Origin: Armatimonadota bacterium
GTDB taxonomy: Bacteria; Armatimonadota; HRBIN16
Length of the DNA stretch: 64,000 bases
Direction of reading: 5' to 3'
NCBI GenBank assembly: GCA_963677485.1
Contig: OY781964.1
Coordinates: 896,001 to 960,000, forward strand
Program-made: the position numbers and the translations under genes
In this document: piece after piece, positions 19,799 to 29,492 of the stretch
Layout of the letters: each line of letters begins with the position of its first letter
How positions within the stretch are numbered: the first letter of the stretch is position 1
The notes under the pieces: generated by a model
The model's database searches: none
What the model was told of the DNA's origin: nothing
Seen by the model: only the letters and a program-made list of their open reading frames with translations

Positions 19799-20800
19799 AT
19801 GTCAGTACTCAAAATCCACCTTACCTACCACTGTTCGGCGCAGTGTGACCACTGCCACCTGGTAGCCGGAACGGCGCCCTCACGGCTCATCTCACAGAAG
19901 ATGGCGATGGGTGTCATTGAAGAGCTGCAGAGGATCAACAACCTACAGTATGTGGTGATGCTGGGCGGAGAGCCCGGTCTATATCAAAAGCTCACCATCC
20001 AAATGGCGGAGTTCGTCCATGGTCTTGGCATCGGTGTGCGCGTGGAGACGAACACATCCTGGGCCACCGATGACGCGGCCACGCGGACCTTCCTGGAACC
20101 CCTCTGCCGAGTCGGCACGCATATCATGCTCAGCATAGACGCTTGCCATGAACCATTCGTGCCGCTGGAACGCGTAATCCGCGCCATCCGGGTTCTTGAT
20201 GAGCTTCATGGTGAATACACGGTTCAGGTCTCGCTTCTCGATTACCCCGCAGCACGTCAGCCGCTGGACCAGCGCACGATGGTGATGTATGCGGAAGCGA
20301 AGCGGCAGGCAGGTCACTCGTTGTCGGATCACCTCTTCCTGGGGCCAGTGTTCTTCAAGGGGCGCGGAGCCCATGCGCTGGCGCCTCTGGTTTCTGATGG
20401 CCGCGGGGTTCCTGATGCGGTTTGCGACGCCGTGCCGTGGTGGGTCAACGGGGAACAGAACACACTTGAGCTGCTCTCCCTCGACCCGGAGGGCAATATC
20501 GGCAAGGAGTGCGGGATATCATTCGGTAATGTCTACGAGAAGCCAGTGGAGGAGATACTGCATGAGTATAATGCGGAGACTCACCCGGTGATTTCCACAC
20601 TCGTCCATGATGGTCCGCTGGGATTGGCGAAAGAGGCAGTAGAGCTGGGTTACGTGATGAAGGCCGACTACGCCGACAAATGTCAGCTCTGCCAGGAAGC
20701 GCGCGAGTGGCTGGGTGACAAATACCCGCAGTATCTCACCCCGAAACATCATTACCAACTGAGAAACAACCCCAACGAATCTGTAAGAGGTGGGAATTGA
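19799..20800 (+). CDS. Radical SAM protein with Cys-containing C-terminal (SPASM/twitch-like) region
   Basis: LTYHCSAQCDHC (CxxxCxxC), LGGEP, ETN, SID, C-terminal C..EC..CQLC. Start trimmed to ATG 19799. Confidence 0.88.
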   Translation: MSVLKIHLTYHCSAQCDHCHLVAGTAPSRLISQKMAMGVIEELQRINNLQYVVMLGGEPGLYQKLTIQMAEFVHGLGIGVRVETNTSWATDDAATRTFLEPLCRVGTHIMLSIDACHEPFVPLERVIRAIRVLDELHGEYTVQVSLLDYPAARQPLDQRTMVMYAEAKRQAGHSLSDHLFLGPVFFKGRGAHALAPLVSDGRGVPDAVCDAVPWWVNGEQNTLELLSLDPEGNIGKECGISFGNVYEKPVEEILHEYNAETHPVISTLVHDGPLGLAKEAVELGYVMKADYADKCQLCQEAREWLGDKYPQYLTPKHHYQLRNNPNESVRGGN

Positions 20801-22413
20801 ACATTATCACCCGGTATGCCCTCATCGCAGGCTTGCTGAGCATCAGCTTGCTTGGCGCTACCGCACATGCAGCAAGCCCTAGTCCGTTCATCCGAGTGGC
20901 AAAGGACAAGTTCCACTTCGAGCAAAACGGGCAGGTTTATATGCCCTTCGGAGCTTTCTACTGCGATGAACGCCATTCGGAGCTAGACCCCCTCGCCTAC
21001 TGGAATCACTTCAACAAACAGCATATCGCCGCGGATTTCAAGCTGGCCAAATCGTTGGGATGCAACACGCTGCGCCTGTTGTTCATGGGCACCGTCACCA
21101 CACTGCCCAATGGCCAACGCACGGTGCTGAATGACGATGACCTTGCTAAGATCGACTTCATACTCACCACGGCTAAAGCAAACGATCTGAGGCTGTATGT
21201 GGGGCCTCGAGTCACAGGCTCCACGCCGCAGATCACTCAGGACCAGCAGTTGTGGCTGCAACTCGTCCGCACACTTGGAAAAAGATACAAAAATGACCCC
21301 ACCATCTTTTGCTGGGAGCTGGATGCGGAGCCCACCACGCTGGTCGGTTACCCCGGTGACAAGCAGTTCTGGCAGAAGTGGTTGAAGGCCAAATACCGCA
21401 CGGATGCCGCCGTCGCGAAGGCCTGGGGTCTCGACCCTAAGACGAAGGACTGGCAGGACGCTGTCTGGACGGAGCTCACTAAAGCACTCTGGCACTCTGG
21501 GGAGATGGACACCTCACGCAACAAGAAACCAGAGCTGTGGTATCTGGATAGTCTGAACAAACCGGGTGACCAGATGCTGTTTGACTGGCAGCTCTATCGC
21601 AATGATCTTTACACCGCCAAAATCGGCAAACTATCAAAGACTTTACGTGCGGTCGATCCCAACCACCTTCAGTCCCTGGATTTCACCCTCTACACCTTCC
21701 CGCTGGTACGAAACCCAGGGGCCTGTGGCTGGGGCGGGCCATACGGTTACTCCGGCAGCGACATCAAGGCGCTCAGCAAGCTGGTGGATTTCTTTGGTGT
21801 GCACGCCTACCCATACTATGTGCCTCCGTTCAGCACCGAATGGGCGGAGAGCCTGACCAAAGACCCCAAGATATTCAACAACCAGCTCCGCTTTGTGGAG
21901 ACCTACGTGCGCTATTTCCGCGCCAACAGCGGTCTACCCGTGGTGCTCTCTGAGAACGGCTGGCACGGCGGCGATGGCGACTGGCAGAACAACACACAGC
22001 AGGACCAGCAACGATGGAACCTCGCGCTGGTAGAGGCCACCAAGGACTGCGCGGTGGGCTGGCTGAACTGGACACTGCGTGACATCCCCACGCACGACCG
22101 CGGCATCACCGCGCACAGCGGCTTAGTCGAAGCAGCCATCGCAGTCAAGCCCGACACGCAGGATATCAGCCCGCTCAGCGAGTACCTCTACGACGGGGAG
22201 CTGCCGGCAGAGCAGCAGAACAAAATCAAAGCCTGGGGCATCACCTTCAAGCAGCTCGCACAGAAGGCCGCCACCGACCCCGGCTACCGGTTCATACCGG
22301 GCAAGCAGATCACCTTCAGTAAGCGGCAGCTCTACACAGGAACGTCGACGGAAGTCGACCTGCTGCTGAAGCAGTGCCTGCAGTATGAACGCTGCGATGT
22401 GATTTTGAAATAG
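20797..22413 (+). CDS. Secreted clan GH-A glycoside hydrolase (GH5/GH42-like)
   Basis: Signal peptide; DF..AK.LG.NTLR, RYKNDPTIFCWELDAEP, HAYP, PVVLSENG. Confidence 0.75.
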   Translation: MNIITRYALIAGLLSISLLGATAHAASPSPFIRVAKDKFHFEQNGQVYMPFGAFYCDERHSELDPLAYWNHFNKQHIAADFKLAKSLGCNTLRLLFMGTVTTLPNGQRTVLNDDDLAKIDFILTTAKANDLRLYVGPRVTGSTPQITQDQQLWLQLVRTLGKRYKNDPTIFCWELDAEPTTLVGYPGDKQFWQKWLKAKYRTDAAVAKAWGLDPKTKDWQDAVWTELTKALWHSGEMDTSRNKKPELWYLDSLNKPGDQMLFDWQLYRNDLYTAKIGKLSKTLRAVDPNHLQSLDFTLYTFPLVRNPGACGWGGPYGYSGSDIKALSKLVDFFGVHAYPYYVPPFSTEWAESLTKDPKIFNNQLRFVETYVRYFRANSGLPVVLSENGWHGGDGDWQNNTQQDQQRWNLALVEATKDCAVGWLNWTLRDIPTHDRGITAHSGLVEAAIAVKPDTQDISPLSEYLYDGELPAEQQNKIKAWGITFKQLAQKAATDPGYRFIPGKQITFSKRQLYTGTSTEVDLLLKQCLQYERCDVILK

Positions 22414-22690
22414 ACATCCAACGAATCACCCATGCACGGTGCGGTGGATCCAATGCCGCATCATGCATGGGTAAAAATCCCCAGCAAACCACGGCATCAC
22501 CATCGGTAAACAATACAATCCATCAAATCCCATGAGTTTCAGACCGAATGCACCTAATCGTGTAAATAACAAGGTAATATTTATAATAATAAGCACCATC
22601 ATTCGGCCAACCCGCGTTGGGGTTTGATAGAGCGTCTTGAGCGTTACCCGGTATATTTCAACACGACATCCTGGTTTTGGGAGGGTAACA

Positions 22691-24257
22691 ATGGACGGAA
22701 GAGGCAACGACCAACCATCGCACCCTAATGGGTCTGCTCACGAACAAGTATCTCACGCCAAACCATCGGCGTTTATCGAAAATGCATCTCGAAGTGACCT
22801 TAACAAACTCAACCTGTCCCTCAAAGCCATCAGTGAGTGCAACAACGCGCTGATCCACGCGGCAGATGAAGCCGACCTGCTGTATCAGGTCTGCCGAATC
22901 ATCACCGACATCTGCGGCTATAAGCTGGCATGGATCGGCTATGCGATCCACGACGAGATGAAAAGTGTGCAACCGATCGCTCAGGTGGGATTTGACGACG
23001 GCTATCTTGATCAAGCAGGCATCACCTGGGACGACACCGAACAAGGCCGCGGCCCTACTGGCACAGCCATCCGTACGGGGAAACCATGCCTTGCCCGCGA
23101 TATCCTGACAGACCCAAACTATGCGCCATGGCGAAAACAAGCCACGAAACGCGGGTATGCCGCATCAATCGTATTACCGCTTCTCATTGAGGGTCAGGTC
23201 ATCGGAGCACTCAATGTCTACTCCTCACAACCAGACGCCTTCGATTCGGAGGAGATGGTATTGCTGACCGAGTTGGCCAAGTTCCTCTCTTTTGGGATCG
23301 CTGCCATGCGAAGCCGCCTGCAGTTGGCTGAGTCGGAACAGACCACGCGCCTCAGTGAAGAAATGCTTCGGATGCTGGGTGACAACCTTCCAGACAGCTA
23401 CGTCTACCAGTATGACTATAAGCCAGACGGCAGCCCGAGGTTTTTATATATTAGTGCCGGTTTACAGGCTCTTCACGGAGTGTCAGCCGAAGATGCTCTG
23501 CATGATGCCAGTCTGCTTTTTCGCCAAATGAAACCAGAGCAGCTTCCATCTTTCCTATCGGCTGAAGCACACAGCATGGAGACCATGACTGACTTCGAAA
23601 TGGATATGGAGATGCAGCGGACCGACGGGCAATGGCGATGGTTCAGGATGAGATCGCGTCCCCGTCTTGAAACGAGCGGACATGTGGTTTGGGACGGAGT
23701 CGCCACAGATATCACAGATCGTAAACAAGCGGAGGAAGCAAAAAAAGCACTAGAACGAAGGCTTGAGGATATCTTTGAATTCCTTCCCGACGCGACATTT
23801 ATCATTGACCAGAACCACCAGGTGGTCGCCTGGAACCGTGCTTGCGAAGTTCTGACAGGCGTGAGCAAACTGGACATGGTTGGCAAAGGCAACCACGTTT
23901 ATTCGATGCCCTTTGTGGGTGATAATCGGCCACTGCTCATTGACATGCTAGACGACCCTGACGCTGTCAGCGATCATTCTTACTCGTATTTCAAGCGTAG
24001 TGACAATCTCATCACCGCAGAGGACTATAACTACTACCTGCAAGAAGGACGGGGTCTATATCTCATCATTACCGCTGCTCCACTTTTCGACCGTAACGGT
24101 CAGCGTTGTGGAGCCATAGAATCGATCCGCGATATCACGGAACGCAGAGCAGCCGAAGTGGCACTACAGGAAAGCGAACGTAAGTATCGAGAGTTAGTAG
24201 ACAATGCGAACAGCATCATTCTGCGATGGACGCGGGACGGTCGAATATCCTACCTAA
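22691..24257 (+). pseudogene. 5' part of a GAF-PAS-PAS-PAS sensor histidine kinase, interrupted by an insertion element
   Basis: GAF (GRGPTG.AIRTG) and PAS/PAC repeats (DITDRK, DITERR). The last PAS breaks at RWTRDGRISYL, and the ORF reads on into the element to 24442. Confidence 0.85.
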
Positions 24258-25913
24258 GGCGGCTTAGCCGCAACCAAAAAAGGAATGATTGCATTCGCCA
24301 CGTAATATACATTCAAACACCCTTTCGTGAGGTTGCCCAGAATGACATCACTTCAAGAACGCTATGCAAAGCAGATAGCTGGGGTATATTCATGCTTCGA
24401 CCGCATAGTTATCACCGGTACAATCCCAGGCTGGTGTCATAGCGACGGAATGGGCATCTATCTTCATCAACGCAACATCAGGCTATTTGACTTTCCTAAG
24501 GAATTTGCCGAACCTCTACGAGATGAGATCAAAGCCAATGCGGAACGCCTTGCCGTTACCAACAGCATTGAAATTGAGTATATACGCCGTGCCTCTTCAT
24601 TTCGAAAAGAAGACCGCATCAAAGAGATCATTAGTAGTCGAGGGTGTCACCCCGGTCTCGTCCACATATTCTCAGTGTTGGAAAAATGTCCTGCATACAC
24701 CCCGTGGCACGACAAGATTACCCACAAAACCCGGCTGAATATCAAGGAGACCAAGTGTCTTCATTACTACTTCTATTTCATCGATGCAGAGTTTGGACTG
24801 TGCTATCTACGAGTTCCGACCTGGGTGCCCTTCCGTCTGCAATTCTATTGTAATGGACACAATTATCTCGCGCATTGCCTTCAATCCGAGGGAGTAGTTT
24901 TCACTCCACTGGACAACGCCTTTGTAAAAATCGACGACTTTAGCTGTGCTCAGAGGCTGGCAGACGCTTTTCCTGCTGATAAGCTGCACCATGCGCTGGA
25001 TGCATTTGCCAGAATGTATTGCCCCGTGATACGGCTTGCTGACAATTCATATCATTGGTCGCTAATGCAGGTGGAATATGCTACAGACATCGTGTTCAAA
25101 CGCGCCGAAGACCTCAAAGCCATCTACGATAATCTAGTCAAAACAGCGATACATACGGTAACGCCAGAGTCTATCGCGATGTTTCTTGGTAAGAAACTTG
25201 ATGGGCGAACACTCGCTGAGATCGGCACTGACTACAAGTTCGATCGCCGCATACAAGGCACGCGCATCAAACACTACATGGGATGGGCTTCTATCAAAAT
25301 GTATGACAAGCAAGGGATAATCTTGCGTATCGAGACGACTGTGAATGACGTCTCTGAATTTAAACACTACCGTGAGGTAGAACATCATGATGGGACGACT
25401 GAGATTAAATACGCCCCTATGCAAAAGACCATCTACAGCCTTCCTCCATTGAGGGAACTGTTATTATCTGCAAACAACAGATATCTTGACTTTCTTTCCG
25501 CCCTTGATGACAACAGCGATGGTGAACATCAGATCATCAAAATCGCGACCTCGACCACCCGTGATCATCGCTCGTATCGAGGATTCAACCTTTTCCTCAA
25601 GAAGGATTTGGAATGTCTCATTGCACTTGCTCGCGGAGAGGGATGCATCAGCGGGATCACAAACCGTATGCTTCAAAAAGCCTTACCGCAGATGTCCAGC
25701 TCTCAGATATCATACTTCATCAAGCGATGCCGAGTATTCCGGCTCGTTAAAAAATGCGGTAAACGCTACAAATACTACCTCACTGCACTTGGCAAGCGTA
25801 TCATCATGGCAGCACTTGCTATTCGCCAGATCGTTGTGCCTAACGCTTTGTGTGGTGCGTAATATCAGAATATTCTATACACCGTGTTCAAAATATGGTT
25901 GGTAAGATACTAA
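24258..25913 (+). mobile_element. 1,656-bp IS-like element with CTAA at both junctions and no true terminal inverted repeats
   Basis: Deleting 24258-25913 restores TCC TAC CTA AAC GAG TAT (SYLNEYGQRFFGY), an intact PAS domain, giving an 882-aa kinase. CTAA occurs at 24254-24257 and 25910-25913. Confidence 0.9.
24342..25862 (+). CDS. Putative transposase/replication-initiator-like protein of the element (Rep_trans-like motifs plus C-terminal winged HTH)
   Basis: Only long ORF in the element (506 aa, GAGG RBS). Motifs QVEYATD, IKHYMG, IKMYDK, LRIET; C-terminal ITNR.L..SS.QISY.IKR.R...LVKK...YKYYLT.LG wHTH pattern. Confidence 0.7.
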   Translation: MTSLQERYAKQIAGVYSCFDRIVITGTIPGWCHSDGMGIYLHQRNIRLFDFPKEFAEPLRDEIKANAERLAVTNSIEIEYIRRASSFRKEDRIKEIISSRGCHPGLVHIFSVLEKCPAYTPWHDKITHKTRLNIKETKCLHYYFYFIDAEFGLCYLRVPTWVPFRLQFYCNGHNYLAHCLQSEGVVFTPLDNAFVKIDDFSCAQRLADAFPADKLHHALDAFARMYCPVIRLADNSYHWSLMQVEYATDIVFKRAEDLKAIYDNLVKTAIHTVTPESIAMFLGKKLDGRTLAEIGTDYKFDRRIQGTRIKHYMGWASIKMYDKQGIILRIETTVNDVSEFKHYREVEHHDGTTEIKYAPMQKTIYSLPPLRELLLSANNRYLDFLSALDDNSDGEHQIIKIATSTTRDHRSYRGFNLFLKKDLECLIALARGEGCISGITNRMLQKALPQMSSSQISYFIKRCRVFRLVKKCGKRYKYYLTALGKRIIMAALAIRQIVVPNALCGA

Positions 25914-26995
25914 ACGAGTATGGTCAGCGTTTCTTTGGCTACACCGAATCTGAGATCGTCGGCCGGCACGTTCTGGGCACCATTGTGCCCTCTACTGATC
26001 GCAGTGGCCATGATTTACGCCTCTTGATGGAGCAGATATGCGCTGATCCAACAGCGTTTGAGCAAAACATCAATGAGAACATACGTCGAAACGGTGAGCG
26101 TGTATGGATCGCCTGGACGAACAAGATCGTCATGGACCAGGCGGGGCAAGTTCGTGAAATTATGAGCATCGGTCTAGATGTCACTAAACAAAAGCGCATG
26201 GAGGATGATCTCCGGAATATACAAGCGAACCTGGAAAACAGTGTCATGGAACGCACGGCCCAACTTGCAGAAGCACTGAACGACGCCCAAGCCGCCGACC
26301 GCACCAAGTCCGCTTTCCTAGCCACCATGTCTCACGAACTGCGCACACCGTTGAACTCCATCATAGGGTTCACAGGCCTGCTGCTGCAAGGATTGGCGGG
26401 GCCTCTCAACACAGAGCAAACAAAACAGCTCAGTATGGTCAAAAGTAGCGGGCAGCATCTTCTCGACCTTATCAACGATGTGCTCGATATATCCAAAATC
26501 GAAGCTGGACAGGTGGAACTGGCGTGGGCACCCTTCGATCTACAGGAATCCATCATTCAGGTAGTGAAGGCTATGACACCGCAGTCTGAAATCAAACGCT
26601 TACCTATTGTCATGGAGATATCATGTAATGCAGGCCTGCTGAACGGCGATAGAAGACGATTTGAGCAGGTTATGCTGAACCTGTTAAGTAACGCCATAAA
26701 GTTCACTGAGCAGGGGCAGATCACCGTCTCTGCCAGAAAAGTTGTGAACGAGTATCATGTAGCAGTCACCGACACAGGACCCGGTATTAGGCCAGAAGAT
26801 ATGGACAAGCTGTTCATACCATTCCGCCAGCTCGATTCGGGGCTCTCACGCCAGTTCGAGGGCACAGGATTAGGTTTGGCGATCTGCAAGAGGCTTGTTG
26901 AGAAGATGGGTGGTGAAATTACCGTCCAAACGGTACCCGGTCATGGCAGTGCATTCGAATTTACATTGAAGGACACTCTGGGAGCAGCTAAATGA
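25914..26995 (+). pseudogene. 3' part of the interrupted kinase (PAS remainder, HisKA, HATPase_c)
   Basis: FLATMSHELRTPLNSIIG H-box, NLLSNAIKFT, DTGPGI, GTGLGL. An in-frame ATG exists at 25895 inside the element end. Confidence 0.85.
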
Positions 26996-27390
26996 AGCAG
27001 ACAGTTTTATATATCGAAGACAACGAACAGAACCTGTATCTGGTGAAATTCCTGCTAGAGCAGCACGGTTATCTGGTGCTGTCTGCAATGAGCGGGCTTG
27101 ATGGGATAGCGATCGCCGCTGAGGTGGTACCTGATCTGATTCTGCTTGACATACAGTTGCCTCAGATGGACGGCTACGAGGTGGCCCAGGAGTTGCGCGG
27201 GAACCCAGCCTTGAAGGATGTTCCCATCATAGCAGTGACTTCATATGCCATGGTCGGTGACAGGGAACGAACCTTGGCAGCCGGATGCAATGACTATATC
27301 GAAAAGCCTATCAACCCCGATACTTTCCTGAAGCAAGTTGAGACACACCTATCAGACAGGCCCGCAGATGAGGAGGCTCCAATATCATGA
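26992..27390 (+). CDS. Single-domain response regulator (DivK/CheY-like)
   Basis: IEDNEQN, LLDIQLPQMDG, IIAVT, AGCNDYIEKP. Confidence 0.93.
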   Translation: MKQTVLYIEDNEQNLYLVKFLLEQHGYLVLSAMSGLDGIAIAAEVVPDLILLDIQLPQMDGYEVAQELRGNPALKDVPIIAVTSYAMVGDRERTLAAGCNDYIEKPINPDTFLKQVETHLSDRPADEEAPIS

Positions 27391-29453
27391 GTATCTTGAT
27401 CGTCGATGACTATGAGGTTAACATTTACCAACTACAGTTTTTACTCAACAGCCACCACTATACAGTTGTCTCGGCGGTGAATGGTGCCGAGGCATTACAG
27501 ATGGCCCAAAAGGACCCGCCGGAGCTCATCATCAGTGACATACTCATGCCGGTCATGGATGGTTTTAGCCTCTGCCGTGAATGGATGAAAGATGCCAGGT
27601 TACGTGAAATACCGTTCATGTTCTATACAGCCACATATACCGATGAACGCGACCGCGAATTCGCACTGAAACTAGGCGCGGTGAGCTTCTTCACGAAACC
27701 AACAGAACCAGACGTAATGATCGAGGCAGTTGAATCTGCTTTGAAGCAGAAGATCGATCCGCATCAACCCGTTTCGGAGGAAACACTTCCCGAAGAGACC
27801 GGTTTCTTGAGAGGATACAACGAAGCACTTATCCGTAAACTTGAGGATAAGATGAACCAGGTAGAACAGATAAATCTGGAACTTCAGAAAGACATCACCG
27901 AGCGTAAAATGATAGAACAAGCCCTTCAGACAAGCCAGAGCCTGCTTGGGCAGACGGAAGAGCTTGGGCGTATCGGTGGTTGGGAGCTTGACATCGCCAC
28001 CTTCAGGCTATCCTGGACCGACACAATCTTCAATATCTATGAAATTGATACTCGGTTTACACCCACTTTGGATCAAAGCCTGGAATACTACACATCCGAA
28101 TCCAGACCAGTCATAGAGTCTGCTGTGAAACGCGCTATAGCTCCAGGTGAGTCGTTCGATGTGGTTGTCAACATCAATACGGCCAAGAACAACCTGCGCA
28201 CCATTCACGTTATTGGAAGAGCTGATCATGAGCAAGGCAAGGTCGTAGGATTCTACCAGGACATCACAGATTACAAACGCGCAGAGGACGAACGTGCCAA
28301 GCTGGAAGCGCAGTTGCAACAAATGCAGCGTATGGAGTCTGTCGGACGATTGGCGGGAGGTGTAGCGCATGATTTCAACAACATGCTGGGAGTGATATTA
28401 GGGCATACCGAAATCGTCCTCGAGCAGCTGGATCCATCAGAGCCACTCTATGAAGATATCGAAGAAATACAAAAGGCCGCTACTCGGTCTGCGGAGCTCA
28501 CAAGACAGCTATTGACCTTCGCCCGTAAGCAGACAGTAGCACCCAAAGTAATGAGCTTGAATGACACCATCACAGGAATGTTAAAAATGCTGAACCGCAT
28601 GATTGGTGAAAATATCAATCTGGTGTGGCATCCCAAGCTAGACGTGTGGCCGTTGTACATGGACCCCTCGCAGATCGACCAACTGCTGGCTAACCTGTGC
28701 GTCAATGCCCGTGATGCCATCGATGACACGGGAGTCATCACTATCGAAACAGGGAACCGAACGTTCGATGACGAGTTTTGCGCATCGAATCCAGAATTCA
28801 ACATCGGCCAATTTGTCAAAATCTCCGTCAATGATACAGGCTGCGGTATGAGCAGGGAGGTGCAGGCTCACATCTTCGAGCCGTTTTTTACCACGAAAGC
28901 TGTCGGGCAAGGAACCGGCCTTGGTCTCGCCACCGTATATGGCATTGTCAAACAGAACAACGGATTTATCAATGTATATAGTGAGCCGCATCATGGTACC
29001 ACATTCAGTATCTACATACCCCGGTATGCAGGTGCTACTGGCTCCGATTCCAAGTGTGATGCGGCGAAACCTGTCGTTCCTGGTCAGGAGACAGTTCTGA
29101 TTGTCGAAGATGAGATGGCGATACTCCGGCTCGTAACAAAGATGCTTCAGCAGTTAGGATACCACGTTCTGATGGCTGGCACGCCTGGTGATGCCATACG
29201 CATAGCTGAAGAACACGCTAACGAGATAGATCTGTTGATTACTGATGTCATCATGCCGGAAATGAATGGGTGTGAACTCTCGAAGCTGCTGTCAGCGAAA
29301 TACAATAACATGAAGTGCCTGTATATGTCAGGATATACCGCCGATGTCATCACCAACCGTGGCGAGCTGTATGATGGCGTCCATTTCGTACAAAAACCCT
29401 TCACTGTGGCGGAACTGGCCGCAAAACTGCGGGTTGCACTCACGTCTGACTAA
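27387..29453 (+). CDS. Hybrid histidine kinase REC-PAS-HisKA-HATPase-REC (CckA/NtrB-type core)
   Basis: N-terminal REC, LAGGVAHDFNNML, NLCVNARDA, FEPFFTTK, GTGLGL, C-terminal REC. Confidence 0.93.
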   Translation: MSILIVDDYEVNIYQLQFLLNSHHYTVVSAVNGAEALQMAQKDPPELIISDILMPVMDGFSLCREWMKDARLREIPFMFYTATYTDERDREFALKLGAVSFFTKPTEPDVMIEAVESALKQKIDPHQPVSEETLPEETGFLRGYNEALIRKLEDKMNQVEQINLELQKDITERKMIEQALQTSQSLLGQTEELGRIGGWELDIATFRLSWTDTIFNIYEIDTRFTPTLDQSLEYYTSESRPVIESAVKRAIAPGESFDVVVNINTAKNNLRTIHVIGRADHEQGKVVGFYQDITDYKRAEDERAKLEAQLQQMQRMESVGRLAGGVAHDFNNMLGVILGHTEIVLEQLDPSEPLYEDIEEIQKAATRSAELTRQLLTFARKQTVAPKVMSLNDTITGMLKMLNRMIGENINLVWHPKLDVWPLYMDPSQIDQLLANLCVNARDAIDDTGVITIETGNRTFDDEFCASNPEFNIGQFVKISVNDTGCGMSREVQAHIFEPFFTTKAVGQGTGLGLATVYGIVKQNNGFINVYSEPHHGTTFSIYIPRYAGATGSDSKCDAAKPVVPGQETVLIVEDEMAILRLVTKMLQQLGYHVLMAGTPGDAIRIAEEHANEIDLLITDVIMPEMNGCELSKLLSAKYNNMKCLYMSGYTADVITNRGELYDGVHFVQKPFTVAELAAKLRVALTSD

Positions 29454-29492
29454 CCCAACGCTCATAGTTGTACGCAGAAATGAGGCAGAGCG

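Noticed and set aside
22428-22472. Long hairpin ACCCATGCA...TGCATGGGT as a riboswitch or terminator
   Set aside because: No U-tract follows it on either strand and I recognise no aptamer consensus. It may only be an mRNA-stabilising stem at the edge of the signalling cluster.
24342-25862. Simple MarR/HTH transcriptional regulator
   Set aside because: The wHTH-like part covers only the last ~80 aa, and the gene sits inside a precisely bounded insertion that splits another gene.
24258-25913. Group II intron, group I intron or intein as the explanation for the insertion
   Set aside because: There is no RT YADD motif, GUGYG 5' end or domain V, and under 140 nt of non-coding sequence in total. 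The internal ORF is in a different frame from the host, and the host frame has stops, so it is not an intein.
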